A stretch of 63,348 nt of DNA, counting the filler, from Ministeria vibrans ATCC 50519 (taxonomy: Eukaryota > Protista > Filasterea), in NCBI GenBank assembly GCA_943704425.1. It is 6 parts of 6 records of this genome, joined end to end, with 100 filler letters (N's around TTAATTAATTAA, not from the genome) between each part and the next. Parts side by side here need not be neighbours in the genome. Positions count along the whole stretch, not along the records: positions 32,157 to 55,702 come from CALSCP010000341.1; positions 55,803 to 63,348 come from CALSCP010002355.1; 4 more parts are not named here. One strand, given 5' to 3'. The first letter of the stretch is position 1, and every line of letters starts with the position of its first letter. Position numbers and translations under genes: made by a program. This document shows positions 44,923-62,969 of the stretch, in pieces. Under the pieces are notes generated by a model that saw only the letters and a program-made list of their open reading frames with translations, did no database searches and was not told the origin of the DNA.

Positions 44923-46105
44923 CATCATCATCATCACTCTCTCTCACTCGATGTTTTCTCTGCAGATGCAATGGAATGGACGAAATTTGGGTACCGACGG
45001 AGCACCATGTGCGACTATTCCAGTCACAGGGAGTCAAAGTGCCCGTCATCAAAATGGCCGAACCAGTCGACACAGACCATTTCACACCAGACGGACCTGC
45101 ACTATCTCTTCCAATTGGTCAGCGCATTGAGTATGAGCGCAATGGGACAGCGACCGCGACACAAAATGGCACACTACCAAAGGACGCAGCGCAACAACAG
45201 CCCTTTCGCTTTCTCTCTGTGTTCAAGTGGGAGCCACGAAAAGGCTGGGATGTGCTACTCAAAGGTAAGAAAGAGGCAGAAGGAGAGAGGGGGTGAGTAC
45301 GTTTGAGTGGATTGACCTTTCTACTTCAAGCATATCTGACCGAATTTCGGTCATCCGACTCGGTTGAGCTGTATCTGGTGACGAATCCGTTTCACACCGA
45401 TGAGTCACTGGCAGAGACCATCACTGCGTTTGCGCGCGAGCACAACATCAGCGACACACAGTCACTTCCCCCCATCCAACTCGTTGACTCCCATGTGCCC
45501 CAAAGCGATCTACCAGCCCTCTACCGTGCCATGGATTGCTTTGTGCTCCCGTCCCGCGGCGAAGGATGGGGCAGGTGAAAACAAAGAGTATATTCAGGGG
45601 AATAGCGGAACTTATTCGTGTGTCGTAGACCTCACGTGGAGGCAATGGCCTCCGGACTCCCCGTTATTGCCACGAACTGGAGTGGGCCCACCGAGTACCT
45701 TACCCAAGGTTTGTTGCTGCTTGCTTTAAGGAATAACACACCCGAACCTCACCTACACGCTTTCTCTCGCACTTTCTGTTCTTTAGAGAATGGATATCCA
45801 CTGCGACTCGATGGAATGCAGCTCATACCCAAAGTAACCTAAAGGACAAATAGTTTGCGTCGCACCTCTGATATTGTATGATGTGATAGGGAGCATTCCG
45901 CACTCACGAGTGGGCCAACCCATCGCTCTCCCATCTGCGCACGCTCATGCGACACGTCACAACACACCCACAGGAGGCAGAGAGCAAGGGAAGGCGTGCA
46001 CGCGACACCATGGTGGCGCACTACCGCCCTCGAGTGATGGCGCAGCACGTCCTCGACAGACTCGCTGTCATTCGCGACAAACTCATCGAGGACCTCGTAC
46101 TGTAA
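44028..46105 (+). CDS. Glycosyltransferase family 4 (GT-B) with N-terminal signal/anchor and Pro-rich stem
   Basis: WMAPFFSGGGYSSE; IGRTMFETDRLP; FLSVFKWEPRKGWDVLL; DCFVLPSRGEGWGR|PHVEAMASGLPVIATNWSG. Confidence 0.9.
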
Positions 46106-46270
46106 CATACGGAGATTTTATGACACTCCTACTGTGCCATTTCATTGAAGATCACACATGCTATATCAGACTGTAATATAAAATCATCGACTGAGTGTGC
46201 CATTGGCAATGCACTCATAGCTTCAATGGTGTGAATGAGTCTTTCCTCTTGTATGTTGGTTACTGTTGTT

Positions 46271-47552
46271 CTACATTTGCATGGACGTGTCGTCAGTGTC
46301 GTCGAGATCCTCATCGCCCTCCCCCGGGCCCAGCTGCTCCACCAGCTCATGAATGTGTCCCAGCATTGCCTCATCGGCACATCCGTCGCGCGCGTTGAGC
46401 TATATAGTGTTGAAGGGGGAGGGGGGTGTTGTGTATAAGTTTCCAAATTTGCGAGTAATTTGCGTGTTTGTGTACTTTGAGTGCTCGTCTGAGAAGTGCA
46501 CGTGCGGCTGCTTCCTCTCCCTCCTGTACGTTTAACCAGCCCATGAGATAGTACACATCAATCACCTACAAAATGCAACCAAAGAGTAAGTCGTCGCACT
46601 CACACTTGCTCATTCGTACCGAGTCGTCTTCTAAGAGTAACCGATCCAGCACCGTCGCCGCTTCCTCGCCCTCCCCTACTTCCATCAGCAATTTGGCTGT
46701 GTTGATGCGAAATGGGTAGAGTGGCAACTGTGCGGCCGACTCGCGCTCAATTGGCTCCAGCACGCCCACATCCGCCTCTACAGGGAGGTTTCATCCTTTT
46801 TCATGATACTGACTCACTTTTCGTACCTGGGCTCATAAGATCCTTCCACTGATTGTAACTCTGAAGCAGAACCGCCTTGGCCTGCTCCGGCTCGCATTTG
46901 CTCAGCAGAAACGACGCGCGCGTCTGCAACGCCTCAATGTGATGGGGTGCCACTGCGAGTGCCGACGAGAGTGCACTGTCGCACGACGTCTCAGCGTCGT
47001 CTTCAAAACACAAATCGCTCATAAACGTCTCGGCAATGCAGCAGTAGGCTGAGGCAATGTCATTGGCAAGCGACGCCGCCTGCGTCTCCTTCTACGCAAG
47101 CCATTGAGTCGACAATCAACACACTTGCACACACACACACACACACACACAGCACGCGCCAAGGACAACCGGCTTCCCCCCACCCCCGTTCTTACCTGGC
47201 TGGAACGCGCCTCTTGGCGAGCCTGCTCGAGGAGCGCAATGCCACGCGAGATCCACCCCACAGAATCGCGGTCGTCCCGCAATTGCCCCAACGCAAGGAA
47301 CTTCTCGTGCCCCTGCGCCGGCGACAACTCCACGCACGCCTCCAACAGCGCCGTGGCCGTGTCAATCTCGCCGAGCTCAAGCAGCGCAAACGCCAGAGGC
47401 TCGAGAATGGCGACATTCGGCGTGGGCACGAGCGCACGCGCTTCGCTGAGCAGTCCCACCGCAACGTCGTATTTCAACTCGGCCACCGCCACCTCCGCCT
47501 CTTCGATCAGTTGCTTCACTCGCCCGTCGACATCCGAAGGTCCCGCAGACAT
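46271..47552 (-). CDS. ACL4: TPR protein, assembly chaperone of Rpl4
   Basis: GHEKFLALGQL; AYCCIAETFMSDLCFEDDAE..C; YPFRINTAKLLME; VYYLMGWL; acidic tail. Confidence 0.8.
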
Positions 47553-47673
47553 TGCGCAACGAACAGGACTGAAGCGAAGAAAATTTGTGTGACTCTTGAC
47601 AATTCACTCTTAAATCATAATTCGTCGTTGATCTTTCGATTCGATCTAATCAATCAACTTTTCTATTCATTCA

Positions 47674-47956
47674 TTAAATTACAATGAGAAGTGTGGTGAT
47701 GGCGAGAAGAACACCAGCTGAGAGTGACAGGTTAACTTGTGGCTCAAGGCGACGGACAGTGCGCCGGAGGAAGGCAAGAGAGGAGCGTATAAGAGAGCGC
47801 AGAGGGGACGGGGCAAACGCAGAGCGGACCTGAGTGAGATGATTGTGGAGGTCTGAAAGGGAGTGTGTGAGAAGGTGGGAGGCGCGTTGGTGTGCATCAA
47901 GGCCCATGAGAGTGTGTGCGTGATGGACAAAATGTATGAGCCGGTTCCATTGTGAT

Positions 47957-48040
<84 letters not shown>

Positions 48041-49690
48041 TGATAGAGAGAGAGAAAAAGGAGAAAGAAACAAAGTGATAGAGAGAGAGAGAAAAAGGAG
48101 AAAGAAACAAAGTGATAGAGAGAGAGAAAGGTGTCAAAAATTAAATCACAACGGCAAGTCAATAATAATCGGTATTTTCGCTTACTTGAGCCGCTGGAGG
48201 GTGTCGTGTGAGACAATAAGAGTAAGAGGAGCATTGTGAGACTTGATAGTTAGCTCAAGGGTGCGAGTGAGACGGGCAATGCGCTGCAGACGCATGAGAT
48301 TAGATGTGCGGTGCAGTGAGTCGGTGAGAAAGCGCAGTGGCGTAAAGTGGAGGGGACCGGAAGGGGATGGGAGAGCAAAAAAGAGGAGTGGAGCGGAGGA
48401 GGAGTGGAGGGGAAGGCGGAGAGCAAAGAGTGCGGTGAGAAGGTGTGCGGCGAGACTGTGCTCAAGGGAAACGGGGATAGGAAGGGTGCGATGGGAGCAG
48501 GGGAGGAGAGAGGGAGGAAGAAGAAGGAGAGTAGAATGGGTGGGAAGGAGAATGGCAATGACTGCGTTGCTTTGGGGGGTGGTGTGGATGTAGACGCGTT
48601 GGTCGGTGCTGGTGAGGTGGACGATGGTGTCGAGGGGAGAGGAAAGCGGGGAGACAACTTGACCGCGAATGACTATGAGATGGGTTGTGGTGTCGTTGGT
48701 GAGATTTGAGGCGAGCGAGTCGACATGAGTCAAGTTCACGACTGTGTCCTTGGAGTGATTAAGTTGGATGGCGCTTGAAATCCATGGAGGATAGATTGGA
48801 TCGTCTGTGGTGTGCGTCAGGGTGACGGGATGCAATGTGTGCGCAGTGACATTGTTCAGGTGTGTGCTCAGGAGTGGCAGATCGAGAAGCGCCTCTTGAT
48901 TGCCCCAGACGGTCACAGTGCTCGTGTATGTTGTGCGCGCACGACGAGGCGGCGCTATCAGCACTGTCGAGGTGACAAGTTGGCAAATGTGTGCAAGACT
49001 CTCCGCATACTCTGTGTCGTTGCGAATGTCCTGCAGAAACACCGTCTCATTCGCAAGAAGGTCGGGTACGCCGTCGAGGTGCAATGGAGGAAGGGGTGCC
49101 TTGAGGTTCACCCATACCTGACGCGCCGTAGTATCGTCGCGCTGAGGTGTACTGATGGGAAAGAGATCACAAGAATCCGCGTTGGCGTTGCCACTGTTGT
49201 TGGTGAGACTGTCGAGCGCCATCAGCACGATACTACGAGCGTGTGCTGCGGTCGCATTGAGCAAGCGGTCGCGATCGCCTTGCCGTACATCAGCAACAAG
49301 GGACTGTGGCGCAGTTTCCACGGTGTAGTGGACATCAAAAGTGACTGGATCGTTGTGGAGAGCTTCGGCAACAATGGGAGTCGACGCAGCCAAACCCTGT
49401 TCAAGCAGCGCGCCAAGAAGAGCAGCAGCATCAGGCGCAGCCACAACGTACACAAGCACATCGATGGCCACCGAGGGTCTTGTAAGCCAATCCAGGTGTG
49501 TGTGGAGCGCAGCGTCGTGGCCATCCCCCTCCAAAGGCAGCCAGGCCTCATCGACCACGTCCAACACCCGTCCAACGGACGCTCTCCGCGTATCTCGTCG
49601 CCGCACTGCCTCCCGCTGTAGCCCATCCTCAACTGCCGCTTGGCTGCCGCTCACCACAAGGCAAGTCAGCAGCAGGATCACGCCAATCAT
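47674..49690 (-). CDS. Signal-peptide protein with hydrophobic C-terminus, unknown function, 2 exons
   Basis: 502-aa ORF starting MIGVILLLTCLVV. Phase-2 intron containing (CT)n joins in frame to SQWNRL...GVLLAITTLLIVI*. Confidence 0.6.
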
Positions 49691-49812
49691 CAGAGAACTG
49701 AGAAGGAAAAAAAATTATCAGCTTATCAATCGCCAAAAAGTAATCGAGTTTGACAGCACTTTGACTGAGTTTGACTGCTTTGACATTATTTTTTTCAATT
49801 GTTGGTGCCGTC

Positions 49813-51874
49813 ATGGGGGCGATTGTGCTTGCAATCGCTGTTGTGCTGTCGATGGTGCTGCCCTTTGCCGTTGTGCACCGCTATGCGTCCCTTCGCAAGA
49901 TCCACTGGTTTGGCTCGACGCTTGTCCTCTTAACCTTCTTCTGCTGCTTTTCCATCATGTTCGTACTCCCCTTAGACATGAGTTCCGTAAGAAATGCAAT
50001 CAAATACAGAAATACAATCTGGTTGCACAGAATTTTTTTTTTGAACTTATTCGCTGGCACTGCCACATACGGCCGCCCTGGGCCAGCAACGCCGGATTTC
50101 CCGTGCCAATCACCTTCCCATATCATCGTTCTATGTTGTCCTAGCGTGATTAGCATGATCTTGCTGTGTACATCGCTCACAAATCGCCCAAACTATTTCT
50201 TTTTTTATTATTATTACAATGATTTTCCGAGATCGATTCGCTCATACACACTCTCTCTCTCCCTTCTTCTCCTTCTCCCTGCAGACGTTTTACCGCGAGT
50301 GCCTTGTGGAGACGCAGCCGCAAGAGAACGTGACGACCCCGCCTGCGACAAACTGGACAGTGCCGTTGGTCAATGTGACGCTGACCAACGGGACGGACAC
50401 GGGCGACGATGGCGGGCTGGGGATGCGCCGACGCGACGCTCCGTTGGTGTGTGAACCTCCCATGTCGTATGTGGGTGGATCAGTTCTGCTCAACTTTTGG
50501 CGCATCACCTTTTGGATGATTATGCTGCTGACTTGGGTCCTCTTGCCGCTGTATTCGTCGTTTCTTACTGCCGGTGGTTTTACCTGGTGGGAACGATTCA
50601 AGGCGTCGGTGAAGGAAAATCTTCTGTTGTACATCACGCTCGGGACGGTCTTTGGCATTTTGTTTGTGGTGATTGCCGTGACGAACAAGCTTGATTTGGC
50701 GGGCATTGAAGGCATTATGATTGCTTCAGCAAATACCTGGGGACTCTTCCTGGTGGTGCTGTTGCTCGGTGTGGGTCTGGTTGAGGTACCGCGGTCGCTG
50801 TGGCGCAACGGCAACATGGACGGGACGTTGCGTCGCCTTGAGTTTCAGGCGGCCAAGTTGCGTCAGGAGATGGAAGATGCCGACGAAGACCTTGACGGCG
50901 TGATCGACGATGTGCGCAGTGCCAGTGGGCGTATACTTTTTCACGAGCCACTGCGACAGTTTGTCGACATAGTAGTGTCCAAGTGTCCCGAGGGCAGTGT
51001 TGATGTGGACGAGACGGACTTCCAAGAAGGCAGCGCGCGCGACGACAACAACGACGTACGCCCCACTCGCAAGTCACTGGCGACACTGCACGCGCGCATC
51101 ATCAAGGCAGTGCGTGCGCGCACTCGCACACATGCCCTCTACGACCGCTGTCTTGCGAACGCCTTTGAGGTGCAGGACATCATTGCGTCACGCACCAACT
51201 CAAACCGCGTCATCAAGCATTCTATTGCGTCTCTCCACGGCCAACCGCCCCGCTCAGAGCAATGGGTCTCCACTTTTGGCAAACTTGGTAAGAAGAATAG
51301 GGAAGGTGTGTGTATGTGTGGGTGTGTGTGGTCTAGAATGTCGGGGTTTTTTCTAATTATGACATGTGTAGAGTGGTTTTGGAAGGTCAAGTGCCATCGT
51401 CCCTTCCACATTGTGCTGTTTCTCATTTGCGTCGCAATGTCCATTGTTCTCATTTGGTCAGAGGTAAGAGACGAATTGAGTGAGGAAAAAGGAGTCAAAA
51501 TGAGACAGGCACGATGGAAAACTCAACGAGCTTTGTGTATATAGTGTACGTTCTTCAAAGTGCATCCACAGCTGAGTGTGTATGCGATTGTGATTCATGA
51601 GTTTGGCGACCACTTCTCGTTCATTCCGCTTGAGCTGGTTTCCTTTATCACAACGGCATACATGTGTGTGTGCACCTATTCCACTGTCTTCCGTATGCGC
51701 ATCTTCAATTGGTACTATTTGGCCTCCAATCAGCTCACAGACGAGTCGTCGCTTCTCTTCTGTGCCACTCTCCTCAGTCGTTTGGCCTTTCCACTAGGTA
51801 CATGCCGACACAGTGTGTATATATGTGTATATATAATTAGTTTAATAAGCTCATTATTATTATTGTTATTATTA

Positions 51875-51915
<41 letters not shown>

Positions 51916-53357
51916 GTTATTATTATTATTATTGTTATTATTATTATTATTATAGTTATTGTACTATGTGTGTGTGTTTGTCTTCTCACGCTGTTGTGGT
52001 GTAGGACTCAATTACCTGTCAATTGTGCATATGGACGGACGAGTGGAGACTGTCCTAAGCGAAGAGACGGACTTCACAATGGTGGCTGGTAAAATGGAAG
52101 TCGTGGGGTTCATTGAGCAGGGCTTCAACGTGTACTTCCCGATCATCATTGTCATCGTGGCTCTCTTGGCGTACTTTCATGCGTGTTCCAGGTGAGGGCG
52201 AGATGGGGGGGCAGATTGAGTGTTGAGTGAGAGTGAGACGGAGAATTCAAGAAGGATTTAGATTTAAAGATTGTGGATTATGGTATGTGCCCTGTGTGTT
52301 GATAACTCAACTGTCTTTGCTGTGTTTTTCTGATAGGGTTTTGTCTCTGTTTGGACACACATCGTTTATTGATGACAATGACGGCTCGATGGAAATGGTC
52401 ATTGAAGGACGAGAGTACATCAGCAGAGGTAAACCGACGCACCCCACACACATTGTATGCATTGCACATCACTCATGCTGAACCCGCAGAGCGACGGAAA
52501 CGGGACAGTGGTGGTGGTAATGCAATCACCGACACACGCGAGCGATGGAGTGTGCGTCGACAACGGGAGAGAGAACAGACGCGCAGTGGTGGTGGTGGAG
52601 CTGGTGAGAGTGACGGTGAGCGCGGGAGACGCCTCAAGGACCGTGATGCCAGAAAACCCAGAGCCATTCAGCAGATTCTCTCTAAATATCGGTATAACAT
52701 TGTACCAGCTGAGTGTGTACATGTGAACTGACCCACGTTATTTCTTTCTTTTCCCTTCTAATTCTCTATCACTTTGCTGTTTCTTCCCTCATTGAATTAT
52801 TTATTCTCCTTCATTATTTATCGCTTTGTTTCTTTCCCCCTCCTCTCGCCATCTGTATATGTGAATTTGTAGGAGGAGTGATCGAATTGATGACGATGAT
52901 GACGATGATGATGATGACTTGAGGGACTCCATTGCCGAGTCCACCGTCGCTTCTGCTTCGGCCGCTTCTCCCCCTCGGTATTATGTGATGTGGTTGTGTT
53001 CCTGTTTTATTGTTTCATTGATGTTGCGCCTCTAGGTCTCGCTCGTGGTTTGGACGGATGCGCAGCAGTAAGAGCAGCAACAGCAAGAGTGACTCGATTG
53101 AGCTTCTGGCAGTGGGTTCGCGCGACGACGATGAAGATTCGCCTCCCATTGCCGCCTCCGCGCGCTCCTTTGACTCGTCCCCTCCGCCTCCGTCGCGATG
53201 GGAGTCGCGCAGTCGCTACGACACCGACACACGCACTTCTACTACGAGTGCGACTGCCAGTCGTTGGGACCGTCGCCCAAACCAGCCTTCCACTGCTTTT
53301 CCCTCTCGTTCCTCTTCTGCCAAACCTCCGCCTCGTGGGTTCTTTGACGATGTATAG
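49813..53357 (+). CDS. LMBRD2: LMBR1-domain membrane protein, LMBRD2-like
   Basis: VLPLDMSS; FWRITFW..LTWVLLP; ASVKEN; ASANTWGLFL..LLGVGLVEVPRSLW; CTYSTVFRMRIFNWYYL..TDESSLLF; GFNVYFP. Confidence 0.9.
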
Positions 53358-53492
53358 CTATCAAGACAACTCCATTTTGGTCTTCAAATTTTTGTCTTCA
53401 AGTTCTCACATTACAACAATAGTACTTAAATGCCATGACAAAAAGGAAACAAGCCCCGACTGGCGTGCTTTGTTTTTAGTTTTACTGTTGGC

Positions 53493-54447
53493 TCAAGCGG
53501 AGCCCTCCGACACAGTAGCGGCCGCCTCGCCCTGGGCCGCAGCTGCTACTGCACTGTCCTCTGTGGCTGCGGGTGCCTCTGCCCCCTCGTCCTCTTCGGC
53601 TGCAGGGGCTGCGGACATGTACGCGGCAAGTTCGTTGTCGAGGTAGCCGGCGGCAGTCTTGGGGTCCTTCAGAAGGTATTCGGCCAGTTGCTTGTCCAGC
53701 TCCGCATCCGACACCTTGGCGTTGAACGTCGACTGCTTCTTGGCCGCTCCCTTCTGGCTACTAGCGTTCTTCCCGCCGGTCGCCGCCGCCGCCGCCGCCG
53801 CCTTGGGACCCTTTCCCTTCTTGGCGGGCGCTGCTTTGACAGGCGCCTTTCCCTTCCCTTTGCCTTTGCCTTTGGCCGCCGGTGTCGCCGCCACCACTGA
53901 TACTGTCGCCTTCTTGTTCGCACCACCACGTCCGCCCTTGCCACCACCACCGCCGCCGCCGGCCGCAGCCTTGGCCACAGGCGCAGGAGCGCCCCCGCCG
54001 CGTCGACTGGCAAGCTGCTTTTGGCGACTGTGCGCCGAGTTCGCTGCCGCCTGCTGTTGGCGCGCCGCACGCCCTTGCGCCGCCGTGGGCCCCGCTTGCT
54101 TCACCACTACTGTTCGCTTGATCTGTCCGAATCTACTCGATGTTGCCAATAAAGTCCATAAAAACGGTCAGAACGAAAAAAAAAAAAAAAAACGAAATTC
54201 GTTGACGTTCGTTTTTTTTTCTTCTTTTTTCTATCGTTTTCCTCCTTTGAACAAGAAGAGCAACCACAGGGTGTTCCCTATCCACTAAGCGCGCCCATCC
54301 GTGCCCTTTGGGTGCGCAATGACACCCACAGCTGACAGGAGAGCCGAAGAGAGAAAGAGACGATTTTCATTCATTGTACCGTTCACTCAGTGGCACAGAG
54401 GTTGTTTGCACTGGCAGTCCACCGCCTCCGCGTCCACGTCGTCCCAT
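53493..54447 (-). CDS. CHTOP/Friend-of-PRMT1-like protein, 2 exons
   Basis: Exon 1 MGRRGRGG..TTSVPLSER joins FGQIK. RGG/K-rich middle. Duplicated C-terminal ELDKQLAEYL..YLDNELAAYM motif. Confidence 0.75.
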
Positions 54448-54671
54448 TGCTGTGTCAAAGTTTTTGAGAAAAGGGTCGAGAATAAATCTGATTTTCTTTC
54501 AGTCATCAGTCATTACTGGCAAAGATGAAAGAGTGGCAATTGGAAGGTGCAGATTTGAGACGTTAGATTTTTTCAACTTTCAAACCCCTTCCTCCCTCCC
54601 TCCCTCCCTCCCTGCACTTCCGTCAACCCCCGCTTGACCATCACTGTCAACCTTGGCGCGGACTGCACCCA

Positions 54672-55702
54672 ATGAGCGACCGTCGCCGCTGCCTGCGTGT
54701 ATGCATCCCGTGCAAGCGGGCCAAGTCTGCCTGTGAGGTCCGTCACCAACGAGAGACTGACATAAGATGCTATATAAAAAAAAAACCAAACGTGTCTCAT
54801 GTGCTGTTTCGTAGTCGGCAAGGCCGTGTCCTCGCTGTGTTCGGCTTGGAAAGGAAGCGGAGTGCATTGATTCGGTTCCGGTCGAGAGAAAACGGAAGAA
54901 ACGAGGCGCAACGGCGCAGGCAACGGCGTCAGACGCCCGAGCGGCCCCCGCCGACGCCTCAGCCAAACGGCCGCGCATCGAGCCCCCGCCCTACCCCCTC
55001 AGCGGCACAGAGATCTTCCCGTGGGAGGCGCTTCTCTCGCTTGGCGACGGGAGCACCGTACCGGACGCTGCCGATATGTTTGCCGAAATGCTTGCGTCAA
55101 CGCCGTCGTCAACAGCCTCGTCTGTCACCGCGCCGCCCCAATTCGCCGTACGCGCGCCTCCACCGCATCATATATTTACTTAGCACCCCCTGTGTAGGTC
55201 ACTAAAGAGATGTCGGGCCACGCTTTGGCAGATATGAGAAGGCAAAGCGTTTTTGACTTTTGTGTTTTTTTTGTGCTCCTTTCTCACTCTCTCTTTCTCG
55301 CACGCCACTCTACACTCCAGATGGAAAGCGTCGTTACTAGCCAACCCTCGTCCGGATCTTGAAGAGGCTCTTTTCATCGAGGTGTACTTGTGGAAGCAGC
55401 ACATGGAGAAGATCGAAGTGTTTACACACAACGAACTTGACACTATTGCACAAGAACTCACAGTAACACAACCCGACAAAGATAGTAAGGAACTCAGCAA
55501 GCTTATCACCGGGGGTCTGGTGTAGGAGGGACTTAACCCGATTTTACACGAGAAGTACATGAAAGCATCACAGTCGAGGCCGCTGGTGTTGGACGACTCA
55601 AAGACCCTCCTACCCGCCATCTACGACACATTGCCCATCGGAGTGGTATTTTTTCCTTCTCGCTGACCTATGTTACGTTTTCAATTTTCGTGCACAGGCC
55701 AA
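54672..55702 (+). CDS. Second Zn(II)2Cys6 transcription factor, truncated by gap
   Basis: Spliced CIPCKRAKSACE|SARPCPRCVRLGKEAEC, followed by basic RKRKKR. Confidence 0.85.
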
Positions 55703-56131
55703 NNNNNNNNNNNNNNNNNNNNNNNNNNNNNNNNNNNNNNNNNNNNTTAATTAATTAANNNNNNNNNNNNNNNNNNNNNNNNNNNNNNNNNNNNNNNNNN
55801 NNAACACGGGGTACGACGTTGCACGCCAAGCGTCTCACACACCGTCCTGTAGTCACGCTCATGAATCGTGGCCACTGACGGTGCTCCATACACGTAGGAC
55901 CACACCTCCCTCTTGCGCTCCGCTCGGACTCTTGCTGAACAACCCGAGTGCGGATGGTGGCGTGAGAGGGATGGGTGCCTTGGGCCTTCTCAGTCAGCAA
56001 GGCGGCTAATGATAGGCAGTGTGTTGTAATCAAGCGTATGTTGGCTTGTATCAATGAAAGTCACCTAAAAATTAATTAAAACCACCTTCTATCTAAGGGA
56101 GTCAAAGAGCTGTACTCAATGTCAAACCAAA

Positions 56132-56168
56132 ACTATACACTATACACTATACACTATACACTATACAC
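56132..56168. repeat. 7-bp tandem repeat (ACTATAC) x5
   Basis: Seen directly in intergenic DNA. Confidence 0.8.
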
Positions 56169-56560
56169 AAATCACAAAACAAATAACAGCACAATACTTC
56201 CGCCGTAGACTTCTAGAGGAGAAATCGAGAAATAAATTAGAATGACATTTTTGGAATATTTCCAACATCATATGAAAACGAGTTTGTCACTCACCTCACC
56301 AAGAGAGACAGTATTATACTGAGCCATTAATGCTCATTGGCTCAGGCGAAGTCAGACCGCATCAGGCGCTGCGGCGATGGCTCGTAAGTTGTAACAATGA
56401 AGGAGGGGAAGGGACGGGTGAATGTTCGGTGAATGCTGTTGCTGTTTACATTATTTTCGATAATCATCAGTTGTGATCTTCTGATCTTCACATAATTTTG
56501 AGATTCGCAGTCATCTCACTCGCGTCTCAAGAAGGAAGAGTGCGCAGCCGGCCCCCTGCA

Positions 56561-58294
56561 ATGAGCACGCCCAGCAGCCCCCCGCCGCTCCCCCCGAAGA
56601 CCCCCACCGCCATCCCCCTTCCGTGCGTTGCCATTTTCGGCCATGGCTGGGGCAGTCGCGCCGTGGCCCCCGCCGTGCGCGCAGCCGGATTCAAGCTGGT
56701 TGCCGTCTGGGCCAGGACCCTTGACGAAGCTGAGATTGCAGCGAAAGAAACAGAGGTGACACTTTCATTTGCCTTTTTTTTTTTTTTGAATTTTGGTTTA
56801 CGTCTCAGGCGCCCTTCTTCACGGCAAGCATCAAGGAGCTTCTTGCCAGACCCGAAGTCGGCTTTGTGGTCATCGCCACGCCGCCGCACACCACGGCTGA
56901 GATCGCCATTAAGGCGCTGCAGGCCGGAAAGCACATTCTGGCCGAAGTGCCTGCGGCTCTTTCAACCCAGCGAGTTCACCGCATGCTCGACTGTGCACAG
57001 CGCTTCCCGACGGTACGCAGCGCGGGCACGCACAGCGCCTTGGTGCTTCTCTCTGCGTGTTGTGTTTGTTGTCTGTATCGATTTGTGTTTGTTGTCTATC
57101 ACTTTGTTTTTCTCTCTCACTTTGTCACTCTCACTCTCTATCAGGTTGCTCTCTCTCTCTCTATCACTTTGTCACTTTCTCTCTCTCTCCATCACTTTGT
57201 CACTCTCACTCTCTATCAGGTTGCTCTCTCTCTCTCTATCACTTTGTCACTTTCTCTCTCTCTTTATCAGTTTGCTCTCTCTCTCTCTATCACTTTGTCA
57301 CACACACTCTCTCCATCACTTTGTCACACTTTCTCTTTATCAGGTTGCTCTCTCTCTACCACTTTGTCACTTTCTCTCTGTCTTCGTTACTTTGTTTCTG
57401 CCCCCTTTATCTTCCCTTTATCACGTTGGTTATCCTCTCTTTTTTGAAACAGGTCATGAACATGGTTGGCTTTCAACTTCGCTACTTGCCCGCCGTCGAG
57501 AAGATGCGCGAGCTGGTTAAGGAGAAGCTCTGTGGCGAAGTGATGACAGTGACGGCGAAGGTGTCACGGCCTTCTTTGCTGGGCAATGACTACGACTGGC
57601 GCGCCGACCGGGCGTTTGGCGGGGGAGTCACAAGCATTGTTGGCAGTCACATTATAGATCTTCTCAGCTATGTCACAGGTATATTTTAATGAACTTGTGA
57701 CGCGGAGGATAATGACGTCAACGTTGGTCTGTTACAGGAACGTGTGCACAATCGGTGACAGGTACCATGCGGACGTACCGTGAGCACACAGGCACCATTC
57801 AGGGCTTTCGACGGATCACGGCCGATGACTTCTGCGAGGTGCAGCTGCAGATGCCCGGGACACTACACGCGAGCTTTACAATCACGACACATGCGCACAC
57901 GGCAGCGGTGGAAGAGGTGACGGTAAACGGGAGCGAGGGCACGCTAGTGCTGCGAAATGGAGCATTGCTGTGGGTGCCGGCCGAGCAGTATGGGTCGGGA
58001 GAGGAGACGGTGGTGGTGGAGGCGCACGAGCGGTTCAAGGGGAAGCCATTGGAGGCCATGTATGAGTATGCGCTGGAGAAAATGTACATGGGGATTGCCA
58101 AGGCAATTCGAGAGAATGAGTTGGCGCACCTTGACTGTGCGTCGCTGATGGACGGGCTGTACGTACAGAGTGCCGTCGATGCCGTCTTCAAGTCCAGCAC
58201 TAGCCGCACCTGGGTTGAGCTCTTCCTCACCAACTCGCGCGCAAACAGCCAGCAGCCTCTCCTCTGGAAGAAGATGAGTCTCGAAAAAAAGTAG
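56561..58294 (+). CDS. Gfo/Idh/MocA oxidoreductase, GFOD1/2-like
   Basis: VAIFGHG; VIATPPHT..ALQAGKHILAE; LRYLPA; YDWRAD..GGG...VGSHIIDLLSYVTG; IQGFRRITADDFC. Confidence 0.88.
57095..57425 (-). repeat. Intronic array of the same composite repeat in pyrimidine orientation, (CT)n-ATCACTTTGT
   Basis: About 10 variants of CTATCACTTTGT(C/T) inside the GFOD intron. Confidence 0.8.
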
Positions 58295-58564
58295 TCTTCT
58301 TGACCCCCCCCCCCCCCTGTAAATTATAATTATAATAGTATTATTTTATTTTGCTTACTCTCTGACTGAATCACCGTTGAGTCAACGAATAACGAATCGT
58401 CAAAGTGAAGTATAATCCAGGGAAATAATGCGATTCCTGAACAAATGGCAGTCCTGGACTCCTGGTGGCCAGCGCGCATGGCTTGTGTTGGTGTCTAGTC
58501 ACCTTTTCACTCAAAAATATGAGTAAATTCAATAAACAATATTATTACACTCTTGTAATTCAAA

Positions 58565-60838
<2,274 letters not shown>

Positions 60839-60987
60839 TAACAATAATAATAATAACAATAAATTAATATTATTATTATTAATTTATTTTACTATTATTA
60901 TTATTATTATGAGAAGAAAATTATATTTTTTAAATTTATTGTTCGATTTTTTTTGGTCATTTTTGTTTTGTGAATTTTGATGTTGGC

Positions 60988-62873
<1,886 letters not shown>

Positions 62874-62969
62874 CTCAGCAACACACACTTGATGAAATAA
62901 TACTAAAATATATTATATTTTTAATATTTATTATTTTACTGATATAGGTCCAATAATTTCAATTTTTTG

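Noticed and set aside
44028-46105. GT4 glycosyltransferase as part of the GFAT/dehydrogenase cluster
   Set aside because: About 17 kb away, across gaps and several unrelated genes; no linkage evidence.
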